Below are positions 49,360-61,284 of a DNA stretch of 64,000 nt, piece after piece. Each line of letters opens with the position of its first letter. Position 1 is the stretch's first letter. A program made the translations under genes and the position numbers. The stretch covers positions 119,226,001 through 119,290,000 of the forward strand of contig NC_042999.1 of assembly GCF_006345805.1 (NCBI RefSeq). The letters are read 5' to 3'. The stretch is from Octopus sinensis (Eukaryota). The notes under the pieces are model-generated. The model ran no database searches and was not told the origin of the DNA. It saw only the letters and a program-made list of their open reading frames with translations.

Positions 49360-50306
49360 TGTTGTGATGAGAGTTACAACACCCCCTTGCAAGAGATAGA
49401 CTGGTCCAAGTAAAGCATAAATAGTAATGATCCGAGTGAATTGAGAGTTCAGAGTCGAGTATTTTTGTTGTTGAGTAAGAAAGTTATATATTTCTTCGTC
49501 TATTACTGTTTGATTGTTGATATTGTTAATTGTTGTTTTATTTTTTCCATTGATGGAAAAAATGGAGAAAGCACCAGCAGGTGGCCAGAGTTATGCAGCT
49601 GCAACTGGAAAAGGATCTGAAGAGAAAATGTTGGAGATAATTGAAATTAAGGTGGAACCAAGGAGAATGAAGGGATGTGAAAAGTTGCTGGAGAAGGATG
49701 GAGAGACGTTGAAGTTGACGCCACCTGCAGAGCAGACAAACAGTATAACGAGATGGACAGTGACATTCAAAACAATGAAAATTGCAACAATAAGGATAGA
49801 GACTGCGACAGTGGAGGAAATCGAAAAGGTTTTGAAAAGCGTTAAAAAATTAACAACTTGTATAACATGAGGAAGGAAGTATGCCAACATGGAGGCGCGC
49901 TTTGCGACAGAGGAAGAGGCAATAGAAAAATAGAGTGATTGTAAATAGTGTGTATAAATGTTCAAATGGTACTGCATGGGAATGGGGCCCATGCAGCTAT
50001 TTCATTTTTTCCATTTTTATATAACAGTTATTCTCATTCATTTTATGTTTTATGTCCCCACTGTGGTGGTGTGGCTGTCCTTGTAGTGTCTCCCTCTGTG
50101 TTAGTGGCCGTGGTGCTAAAATAAAGAAATCAGTTCGGAGTCGAGTGAAGTTTGTGATAGTTTGCAGTGAAGTTGGAAGGTGTTAGCTGGTTCGTTCATA
50201 AGGAATACTGATTGTTGTTTCTTAAAGAGATTTGTTTGACTGTTACATTGTTTTTACTGTTGTCTGGTTATCTAATTTATTGTATGTAGCATATCACATT
50301 ACAACA
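49360..50306 (+). mobile_element. Gypsy-type solo LTR interrupted by a LINE insertion
   Basis: TGTTG...CAACA termini, 5-bp TSD AGTAT (49355-49359, 50307-50311), TATA-like cataaata at 49416; U3 and U5 resemble the LTR at 40049-40847. Confidence 0.88.
49461..50131 (+). mobile_element. Internally deleted L1/Tx1-like LINE (5'UTR, ORF1 N-terminus, 3'UTR)
   Basis: 15-bp TSD agttc(a/g)gagtcgagt at 49446-49460 and 50132-50146; ORF1-like MEKAPAGGQSYAAATG...GRKYANMEARFATEEEA; A-rich end aaaataaagaaat. Confidence 0.8.
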
Positions 50307-50855
50307 AGTATTTAGGTCAGATCACTACTATAATAATTCAAAATTGTGGTAGGCACTAAGAAATTGTAAAGAGAATAAATTTTTATAATTGTTAAAGAAG
50401 TTATAAGATTATAATGAATTATAAAGAAATTTAAAGGCCATAACTTGGGAGGATGAAGCAAATGCTCTGAAGGTATGATAAAAGGTCAGAGGCAAGTTGA
50501 ATAAAGTTATTAAATTCTAAATTATATAAAATATATAAATCATATAAAATAACAGTAATCAGTATCTGTTGTTAGAACAAGGGATATGCTTAAATCTGAT
50601 CAGTTATTAGTATTAACAGTATTAAGATATGATAGACTACTTAAATATGATCCCTGGTTCTTAATACTAGTGATTAAAGAGTTATAGATATGTATCTACC
50701 ACTCAGGTAGATACATATAAATTATAAAGTTCTATGGACAGAATGTGGTCATTTGATCCTTAATTCAACTGTTCTATTAATAACATCACCAGTGCATTTT
50801 TATGGTTTCCAGCAATTCCAAATTGCAGCGATTGCCACCATATCAACCACTAGCA

Positions 50856-51056
50856 CAGTGCTTTTCAAACTTTTTGCTGGAGCGGAACCCCAAGGAAACA
50901 TTCCACTGGCTCGAGGAACCCCTGTGCAATAATTTAATAGTCTTATGCACACATATCTGCACAGAAGAATTAAAAATTACTGCCGATTTTAGCAATTTTG
51001 AAACTTCTTGCGGAACCCCTGGACAGTACTGGCAGAACCCTGGTTGAAAACCACTG
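50856..51056. mobile_element. hAT-type MITE
   Basis: TIRs cagtg(c/g)ttttcaa; exact 8-bp TSD cactagca at 50848-50855 and 51057-51064. Confidence 0.92.
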
Positions 51057-52223
51057 CACTAGCATAAGGCTTAGCATGCCTAGCAATACTCCACATTAGA
51101 TGAAAATCGATATTTTTCTCCTTTCTCTCTCAGACCTTCAGGAAGAGCAATGTTGTTTTTGCTTCATCTCTCCTTCTAAATGTATGAAATAGAAGTGGAA
51201 CTGTAAGTGGAAGTATGTAGACTACTTTTAACATTTATATGTAATGTTTTTGGTTAGGCATTTATTTCCTAGTGGGCATTCAAATTTCTTAAACTTACAT
51301 AATCTAGTTAATGTCAAGATGGGAATATTATGGATTACATGACTCATGCCATCATGTGATACACAGTGGTAATCAGTAGAGCTGCTTTGTGCATTAGCCA
51401 CCCCATCAACACTTATGTTACCATAATTCATATTTCTGTTATTATAAACGAAAATCAGTCTCACAAGAATTCCAAAATGATTACTATCATTATCATTATT
51501 ACTACTATTACAGTTGTTATTGTCATATTTATTACCGTAACTATTCACACCAGTGCATCTAGTATTATTATTATTGTTGCTGCTGTTATTACTATTATAT
51601 GAATTGTTATTCCTATGATGATTATTCCTTATTCTGATTCTATAGTTAATATCAGTGTTAACACAACCACCTACATTAACCATTACTTCATTGTCCAATA
51701 TATGTTTCATAATTTAAGAGTGTAAGGTATAATATGAAGGAAATTTGGCTGCTATTTATAACAAATCAAGTGATTGCGTACAAAACACTTGATGGCTCAA
51801 AGTAAATTTAGTTGTTCCTTAGCTTCAGATCTGCCTTAATTAAATGCACCTATAATGAAAAGCATTCCAGTCTTGACCCGCCTATTTTCCCCTTTTTATA
51901 TATAACAAACAACATTTTCTAATATCCGCTTCTTTTAAAATGGTAGGTGGGTGGGTTTTGAGTGATATTTGGCTACTATTTCCGGTTGGTTAAGTGACCT
52001 TGAAGGCATTTCTTGGTTGACCAGTGAGATGAGCCAACAAATATTGATGCCTTATTACAGACAGTAAAATGTTGTTAGGAAGCAATACAGCAAGCAGCTC
52101 AAATAATACTTTCATCTGCCAGAAAACAACTCTTCTGTCTGTTCATCTGTTTCTCTTTCTCTTCCTCCTCCCCTCCCCATCTCCGTCTCTCTGTCACTCC
52201 CTCTGTCTGTTTCTCTCTCTCTA

Positions 52224-52254
<31 letters not shown>

Positions 52255-52365
52255 ATATATATATGTAGTTAATCCAAACATGAACAAAGTGAAAACACAA
52301 CAATGCGAGGATGTGGAACAAGTATAGTGTTATTGGACACTCAGGAAAGGAAAGAAAGAAGGAGG

Positions 52366-52400
52366 ATTTAACGTTTCGAGCAGAGCTCTTCGTCAGAAAC
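52366..52400 (-). ncRNA. Minimal type-I hammerhead ribozyme motif, intact core
   Basis: GUUU-CUGACGA-A-GAGC UCU GCUC-GAAA-CG-UU^AAAU; palindromic ACGU helix III; lies in an about 210-bp element (52262-52470) bounded by (TA)n. Confidence 0.75.
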
Positions 52401-52721
52401 ATACAAAAAGGAAAGGTCCAAGGAAGGGAAGACGGAGAAAGAAAATCGCCAACAATACACACGCGGTCACATATATATTATTCTTTCAGAGAAGTAGTTG
52501 TGAGAGACGCTTGTGAGATTCAGTTATTTATGGAGAATGTTGTAGGTGACAAAGAAAAGTGCTGAGAGTGTTTCAGTTACATGCATTGATATACTTACAT
52601 AAGCTTCACTTTTGTAAGAATTAGCACAAAACTAAATCATTATTCTGAGAACTCTCTTTCCATAATGATTATAGATGACATGAGTGAAAACATGAATTAT
52701 TTTCATCTGCTATGTTGTTGC

Positions 52722-52752
<31 letters not shown>

Positions 52753-53689
52753 GGTGGTGGTGGTGCAGTTGTTGCTTAACTTCTAGTCAATCTTCTTTTT
52801 TTCTGTTACATCAGTATAATAATCCGATCTATAATTTCTTTTCAGTTTTCCTCATTTACATCCTAAATGGTAATAAAAACAATGGCATCAATACTAGCTT
52901 TTCATTAAACATTTGTAACTGATTATTCCATTAAAACAAATCATTGCATTCTGTATTATAAATCCTCTAAATAATGCTCTCATACTTTAAATTATCATTG
53001 ATCTACACCTGCAATCAAAAATATTTCAGCTAATAGCATAATGCCATATTCTTTTAGAAAGGTTATGTGTCTGGAACTACATTAGCCAATGTGTACTTCC
53101 TTTCTATAGAAATGAAAGCATATGAAGTAAGTAGAATTTCTTGCTGTTTCTAGCAGGCCCAACAATCATATAATGTTCCCTCATTGGCTCATTTACATTT
53201 GTTATTTTTAGCAAATCTGTTTTGCTTATTAGGTTTTTTTTAATTATTTTACCTTTAATCAGTTTATTTTGGTGGAAAAAGCAAATTACTAAAGTATATA
53301 CTGACTTCATCTGTTGTCTGGTTTAACACCACTACATGGCCCTTTGGTATCTATTGCATTCAGGTCACGTCTCTAGTTCAGAAAACTATTCACCCTCCCT
53401 CTTGCCAAACTTGAAGGATTTGAAAACGATATTGGGTACTTCCCGACTGTAGTAGCATCCAAGTTTAACTTACAAAAACTTTATATGTAATACTGTTATT
53501 TAACATATTTTATCTAAGATAAAAAAAAAAACAGGGAAGTCTGCAGCATTTTTTTTTTTTTGAAGTTAATACTCTAAACCAATGATTTTCAACCAGTTTT
53601 GATTTTCAGTATACTAAATAAGTCACAATTTCAGCTTTTTGAAAATGTATGCTAGAATTGTTTTAAAATATAGATGCATACATTGTTTT

Positions 53690-53741
53690 TTACTACATAG
53701 GAATACATATGTATTGTGACATATGTATTCCTATGTAGTAA
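53690..53741. repeat. Perfect 23-bp inverted repeat with 6-nt loop
   Basis: ttactacataggaatacatatgt-attgtg-acatatgtattcctatgtagtaa. Confidence 0.95.
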
Positions 53742-53989
53742 TTTTCTCACTATTCTGGCATTTTCTAATTTGCCTCAGAAATCTTGTAACATACTTGTGG
53801 ATCACTGGCTTAACTCCTATGAGACTATTTAGTGATTCAAACATCATTATAAATTTTACTTGTCTTTGGCATCCTTTCCATGCTCTCCTAAGCCTGGGAA
53901 AGAGATCACTGAGTGAGAGTAATAAGATTAACATTATATCTATCATGTTAAATGCTAGTAAACCACACACAGAAGAGTGTAATTTACTA

Positions 53990-54290
53990 CAAGGCCAAAA
54001 TTAGGAGGCACATGTAAATGATTTGGTCTAAGTGACATATTGGCAGGTTTTGAAGCTTTGGGGCAGTTGAATTTTTGATCATATAACCAACACTAGAAAG
54101 GTGTCTTTCAGTCATTGCCATGTCAGACCAGCACCATATTCTTGAAGGCAATCCTTCCTCATAGCAGTGAACTTCCCTAAAAACAGTAATGTCAACATTC
54201 AGCTTTAAAAGTTTATGCAAAATGAGAGTGGTGCCTTCTTCTGGTTGAACATTATTTTCTTCATGGTTTTGGTTTTCCAGCATGTGGGGC
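53990..54290 (-). mobile_element. RTE-clade LINE AP-endonuclease fragment
   Basis: TTLILHKLLKLNVDITVFREVH..EEG and HLSSVGYMIKN..KLQNLP match the RTE APE N-terminus. Confidence 0.72.
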
Positions 54291-56679
54291 TTTGTTACTG
54301 TATGCCTTGTAAAGTGGGTGTTATTCTTTGTTGTTCAACCATATTTGAGGATGCTTATTGACTCTTGGTAGCCAGACTTATGGAAATGAGCTTTGGTTAG
54401 GCTTGTCTGCATGTAGAGCTAACAGAAGTGTCCTTAGAGAAGGCTGCTTGGTTGTTGATGACCCTGTTAAATAATGGTGTTGTCATCTGGTTTCTATATC
54501 AGACAACCTATATATTGGGACCACCTGCATACAAGTTCAGAACAGTCGTTTTCATCCTTCTACTCTCACTTCAATTGATAAATGAATAGGAAGGCTGGTT
54601 GTTGGTGAGCTTGTGTCCTTTGGCCTATGTGACCAAAATGTTTTAGGAAGAAGGAAAGAAGACTGTGTGTAGGTCTAGCCGCATCCTTTGGGATTCATCC
54701 ATAAGTTCAACAAAAGGCAAATACAAAAGGGCCATAAATCTCTCATGTAATATAAATTCTAAATAATGTAATGTCTTATATAAAAGAGTTTACAGAGATT
54801 CTATCTAAACAATGATTTTTTTCTTTTTTAGTAGACACTATATAGACAAGACAGATATTTAAGTAGGAATGCTGAGAAAATTATTCAAGTAAGCTATGGC
54901 ATCTAAATGAAAAAAATAATACTAAAGCATACTTCCTTATGATATATGAATAAAACACAGCCAACATTTAGTCACTTCATACCTGCAAATATTCACCTGA
55001 CTGTCACTGTGTACTGCTATGCATAAAAACCTATTGCAGATTTCACATAATCTCATAAATGTAATTGAACTTTTGTATTAATTTCTTATTGGATATTGGA
55101 TGTCCACCTGTGTACATAAGTGTATTAAGTATATTAAATTACCAAATGACTGAATACTCTCTATCAGAGCACTTCAATTATCCAATGTTACCTGCAACTT
55201 CTTTCTACATAGGAAACTATTTAATGAATACTGCTGTAGAAATTATCACTTTAATAATTTAGTAGAATAAAATTATAATCTTTCATATCATATATTGAGA
55301 TACACTAATGAAATGGAAACTGTTTAATATTCATATTGGATTTGAGAAACAGCAGAATTTCCTATTTGTTACTGTTAACAAAGGACAACTATGCTGGTAA
55401 ACCCAGCATGGGATCCTCCCAAGAATATTCTGGTTCCTGCTTTTCTTTGATGTCCCCAGGATAGTAGTAGATGGATTCGAATACATGGTCGCTAGCTATC
55501 TTTGCAGATCACTGGATTTGCCACACAGTTTGTTATAATTTACCTGAAGATCCTGTGTTGAAACTCAGATGTAGAAGGTTAAACTCAAAGTAGCAAGAGA
55601 CTGATTGGACCCAAATAAAATATATTACATGTATACCACCACCGCTGCCACCACCATCAACATTGTCGTTGTTGTATTTGTCGTATTAATATCCACTTTT
55701 CCTCTCTTGCATGGGTCGGATGGAATTAGCTGAGGCAGGTTTTCTATGTCTGGATGCCCTTCCTTTTGTCAGCCCTCACCCGCCTCCAAATAAAGTGACA
55801 TTGCCCCCCCCCCATTGCTAGACATGTTTCCACAAAATGAAGGACACTACATGCGTGTTGGTGGTACTCATTTATAACTATCATATGATGGATCAGTGAA
55901 GGAGACAGTAGCATACACACAAGTCAAGGAGACAGTAACACAAATACATATATCCATACATACATATATTCATACATATATAAATTCAACTCACAATAGA
56001 CACAAGCATGTCTGTGTGATAAGAAGTTTGTTTTCCAACCACTTGGTTTCAGATTCAGTCCTATTGCATGGCTCCTAGGGCAAGTGTCATCTACTATAGC
56101 CTTGGGCCGACCAAAGCCTTGTGAGTGGATTTAGTAGATGGAAACTGAAATAAGACTGTAGTATATGTGTGTGGGCATGTATCTGTGTCTTTGTGTCTGT
56201 GTTTGCCCCCCCCCATTACTGGAAACATACCTCAATTATGGATGACACCAGGTAGCCCAAACCATGCCAGTTCTTTATGCAATACATCAGCCTATAGTTG
56301 GGGTGCTTCTTAGGGTAGTCTATCATTATGGGGCTGAGGGGAGGGTCATAGTACTACTAAAAACAATGACACACACACACATGTGCATGCACACACACAC
56401 ACACACATGTATACATACACACTCAGCACAGACCTATCACCAATTAAAGAGTCCTTTCTAGGACTGGAATATCGCATTATGAAACCGAGAAACACCAACC
56501 ATCATTAGCATCAAACCAAACAATGGAGGGACTTCTCAAATGAACTGAACAAAAAGCAAAAAAGACCTTATACAAAACAGGATTTATTGTAAGGATATAT
56601 GACATAGCAGAGCATAAATATCAAGGACCCCAGTATAAACCATAGTGAAATACTATGAGTGCTGTTGATCATCATATAA

Positions 56680-57040
56680 TTGAACTTCCCAACCATGTGG
56701 TTCTGGGTTCAGTCCCACTGCATGACACTTTGGGCAAGTGTCTTCTACAATAGCCTTGGGCTGACCAAAGTCTTGTGAGTGGATTTGGAAGATGGAAACT
56801 GACAGAAGACCTTGTGTATATGTGTGTGTGTGTGTCTTTGTGTCTGTGTTTGTCTCCCCATCACCATTTGACAACTGGTGTTAGTGTGTTTACGTCTCCA
56901 TAATTTAGTGGTTCAGCAAAGAATACTGATACTAGGCTTAAGGATTAAGCCCCGGGGGTCTATTTGTTAAACTAAAGCCCTTCAAGGCTGTGCTCCAGCA
57001 TGGCTGCAGTGAAATGACTGAAACAAGTAAAAGAATAAAA
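56680..57040 (+). mobile_element. SINE family B
   Basis: Aligns with 22410-22827; a partial copy also lies at about 56015-56215. Confidence 0.88.
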
Positions 57041-57504
57041 GGATACAGGAAAGACAAAGAAAGTATGGTACCATCACTAGCAAATGCCACACCCACCCAA
57101 GCAAGGAAATTGACAGGACAGCATGGGCCCATATAAAATACTTAATAATACCAGCTCATTTTATTCTCCACCTAATTGGCACCAGAACAGAAATCATGAA
57201 CTGATAACATCTAAACAAAAACTTGCTCCCTTCTCCTCACAGCTTATGAAATCATTAATGCAGCACCCTGCTGGCATCAACATGAAATCAAATGCTCAAC
57301 ACTCCAACCTCACAGTGCATATACAGTGAATTCAAAACAGAGATACGACCATTCTCTTTTACTTCTGCTCTTATATTATTGATTTCTACTCTCTCTCTCT
57401 CTTTTCCTCTTCCTATCCATACACACCCGTTTGTACAGATTTTAATACAAAGTAAAGCATTACATACATCCACCCTTCCGCATTGTTTATATATGTGTGT
57501 GTGT

Positions 57505-57840
57505 GAAGGCACATGGCTCACTGGTTAGAGTGTCAAGCTTACGATTATGAGGTTGTGAGTTTGATTTCCTGACCAGGCTGCATGTTGTGTTCTTGTGCAA
57601 GACACTTTATTTCACGTTACTCCAGCTAACTCAGCTGTAGAAATGAGTTGTGATATCAATGGTGCCAAGTTGTATTAGTATTTGCCTTTCCCTTGGATAA
57701 CATCAGTAGTGTGGAGAGGGGAGGCTGGTGTGCATGGGTGACTGCTGGCTTTCCATAAACAATCTTGCCTGGACTTGTACCTCGGAGGGTAACTTTCTAG
57801 GTGCAATCCCATGGTCAGTCATGACCGAAGGGGGTCTCCC
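57505..57840 (+). mobile_element. SINE family C, full length
   Basis: tRNA-like head plus tail shared with 1677-1947 and 25425-25556. Confidence 0.88.
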
Positions 57841-58084
57841 ATATGTATGTACATATGTGTGTGTATTATAAGTTATAATAGTCACAGGAACTGCCCATAG
57901 ACTCCCCAAATCCTTCTGATTGGTGTAAATTAGTAAATATCCCTTAGCTAAACACTCAATACACCCAGAACACTAATGCAACTTTTGCCTGACGAAATGA
58001 AAGAAAGTATTAATATTCCCCTTAAACTCCATGAATTTTGCAAATCCTATTTGTAATATCATTTAAATCCTTAAAAATGTTTTA

Positions 58085-58440
58085 GCCTGAAGGCCGCGGC
58101 CATGCTGGGACACCACTGCTGAATGAACTACACTAATATGTGAATCCACCTCTGATATGTGGCACTTGATCAACAAGGGAGTTCGATGCTGTTGCCCGCA
58201 TCTGCATCTCCTGTCATGAGGTAGGTTCATCTGGGACTCCCGACAAGAAGAGATCCAGTTTAGTTTTAAAGAAACCCACATCCACACCATGTAAGTCTCT
58301 CAGGCATTTAGGGATGATGTTAATGAGATGTGGTCCTCTGAAACCCAAGCTGTTGCAGTTTCTGGATCTGTATTTTGATGGTGATGTTGGAATCTTTGGC
58401 ACTATGCAGTGGCACCCCGTTCTGCGATTGGGGTAACTGT
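58085..58440 (-). mobile_element. LINE 3' end (CR1/L2/Jockey group, clade unresolved)
   Basis: NSLGFRGPHLINIIPKCLRDL...FFKTKLDLFLSGVPDEP...ASNSLVDQ; 3'UTR ggtgtcccagcatggccgc. Confidence 0.75.
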
Positions 58441-58681
58441 ATGGAAAATATATGTAAATGTACATAGTAATGCATTAAAAGATTTATGAATTTTCATCCA
58501 GAGCTCTTGTTATTACCATACTCATCTTACACTATACTGTCACCAGGCTAAGAAACTTCCCATAAATTTACTCTGGAAGATGGGAGCCATAAGCAGTGAC
58601 TGGAATATATAGCATAGGAGCTTTTATGAGAGTACTAAAAAATGTCTTACATAAAAGGACTCAAAGGATATCTTTTTTATT

Positions 58682-59130
58682 CTTTTACTCTTTTACTTGT
58701 TTCAATCATTTGACTGTGGCCATGCTGGAGCACCGCCTTTAGTCGAGCAAATCAACCCCCAGGACTTATTCTTTGTAAGCCTAGTACTTATTCTATCAGT
58801 CTCTTTTGCTGAACTGCTAAGTTACAGAGACGTAAACACACCAGCATCAGTTGTCAAGAGATGTTGGGGGGACAAGCTCAGACACACAAACACGCACAGA
58901 CACACACACACATACATACATACACACATACATACATACATACATACATACACACACACATATATACAACAGGCTTCTTTCAGTTTTAGTCTACCAAATC
59001 CACTCACATGGCTTTGGTCAGCCTGAGGTTATAGTAGAAGACACTTGCTCAAGGTGGCACGCAGTAGGAATGAACCCGGAACGATGTGGTTAGTAACCAA
59101 GCTACTTACCACACTGCCAGTCTCACACCT
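58682..59130 (-). mobile_element. SINE family B
   Basis: Reverse complement aligns with 22410-22827. Confidence 0.9.
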
Positions 59131-59254
59131 AAAAGCAATATCATCCTTGGTGTGATTTGAACTCAGAACATATCGAAGTACAGCAATGCATTTTGCTCAC
59201 AGCTCTACCAGTTCCAATAGATACACACGCACACACACATGTATATATACACAC

Positions 59255-59285
<31 letters not shown>

Positions 59286-60884
59286 GTATAAATTATGAGT
59301 ATGATTAATTTATGGAATGAAGTTCTACAAATCCAATCATATTTGTCAAAAATGAAGGAGATAAGATGTTAAAATGTTGTAAGAAGTTTATTCATGCATA
59401 CAATTATTTCATACATAGATATAAATACATTTTTGAATTTGCAAATAATGATAGTACTTATCAGTTTAGAGAAAAAAATAATAAGAACTTAAAAAAGAGC
59501 ATAGAAGTTGGATCTATGAGTTTCATGTTTATCTGTTCCTATGTGTGATAATGATGGGAGTCATGTCAATTACTAAACCACAACTCATAAATTACATTTG
59601 TAAGTAAATGTATGAGTGCTAGCACTATGCCTACTGGTCCACATAGATTTTCATAATCCAGCCTGCTTTCTGAAAAATTGTTAATTACATACTATATTTG
59701 GTTGTATTACCAGATATGAGCTAAAGAGCAAATGTGATAAGTGTAGAATATTAGCTATCATGCATGTTCATACCCACCCCACCACACTTTCACACAATCT
59801 GCTCTCAGCTGTTTCCGTATACCAAATTTCCTCGAAAAGAATTGTTTGGCCATGGTTTATGGTAAAAGACACTTGCCCAAGCTGTTGTGTTGTGGATCAC
59901 ATCCAAATCCATGAGGTAACTTCAGAGAACTGGATGTGATTAATTTTTATGCTATAAGTATTTAACACTTTATATATTTAGATATGAGTGTGTACAATAT
60001 ATGCATCTAAGTATGTATATATGTATATCTGTATGTGCAATTTATTCACAATTATCATTTATGAGAGCCCAAATTATGCACAGATGTGAATGATACACAT
60101 AAATACATATATATGCTTATATATATTTATCATATAAAATCCATTCTGTCTGTCTGTCTGTGTGTCTTCTAGGATCTCGGGCATCCTCCATTCAATTGCG
60201 CTCAAATTTGATATGTAGATACCGATGGTATCAGGGCATGTACAAATCTTGGAAAAATTACAAAAATCGATTCCACATGAGATTGGGATCGATAAAGCCG
60301 TGGAAACGTGCATTTGTATGTGCAAGTACATTAGCTGTTGTGATTGATACTACGCATATGTGAGAAGAATGCACATGTAGTTTGCACAACAAAAGCAAAC
60401 TGGCTTGAAATAATGCCACAAAATGCAGTATATTTAAGAGACCAAAAAAGTAAGATGCAAAAGAGATATTTGCTTCAAACTTGGCACGAAGGAAGGAAAG
60501 ACTATTTGGTTTCTCAAGAAGTTCTTTTTTGCCTTAACTTCATTAACAAAGTCAAAAATTTTATTGAAATAAAGGCATGCTTAATTATTTTTTAATGAAA
60601 AGCAAACACTGATTGCTTTTTATTCAGCAGATATGATTCAGTGCTGCCCATTGGACAGAGGGCATTTTGCTTGTATATATATATAAATGGATGAATCAAT
60701 TATCCTTTGCTTACAATTAACATGGAAAATTCAATAAACAGTTACCAGGGTAGCAAAATTCATGCAAGTAACAAGGATGTAGCGACCTATTCAAAGGTAG
60801 AATCTTTGGGTTAATGTGCAGTAATTTGTATAGTATAAGTAAATAAATGGAGTTGAACGCAGGTGTTATTCAAATTCTTTTACA

Positions 60885-60966
60885 TTTGACATATGCTTCA
60901 AAGACAACATTAGTTTTATTCCAAAAGAATAAATGGTGTAAAGTAATGTAATCTTCTCATCAGAAA
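60885..60966 (-). ncRNA. Degenerate type-I hammerhead motif
   Basis: UUU-CUGAUGA-GAAGAU...GUCUUU-GAAG-CAUAUG-UC^AAA; 6-bp stem II base, near-palindromic helix III, A15.1G change. Confidence 0.5.
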
Positions 60967-61284
60967 AGAAAGAGAACCTATCTCAACAATAAAACATTAT
61001 AATAATTTTGATGACTGCATAAATGATAAACAGAACGCTATTAAGTATTTTTAAAATAACCGTTAGTAGATCTGACATCAAAGGCAGACCATAGGAAGAG
61101 AAAGGGTAAAGAAATAATAAGTAGAGAACAAATAAAGGAGAAATATAGAGGGATATATTGGTTGAAAAAATGTTCAAAGGCTTGGAAGCAGATTTCTCTA
61201 TTGAAGTAAAGTGCAAGGTGAACTAAATGTTCAAACTATACAGACTGGTATAAATCACTTATATGAGCTAAAGGTATGTTTCTG

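Noticed and set aside
50688-50718. 13-bp perfect hairpin atatgtatctacc-actca-ggtagatacatat
   Set aside because: Short and AT-rich with no supporting context; not distinguishable from background in this window.
55440-55580. Possible plus-strand exon after a pyrimidine tract and cag
   Set aside because: The frames I translated hit stops and there is no convincing donor site or recognisable protein.
60125-60600. Helitron-like start (tcatataaaat followed by (GTCT)n)
   Set aside because: No 3' hairpin plus CTAG terminus found, so boundaries and class are unsupported.
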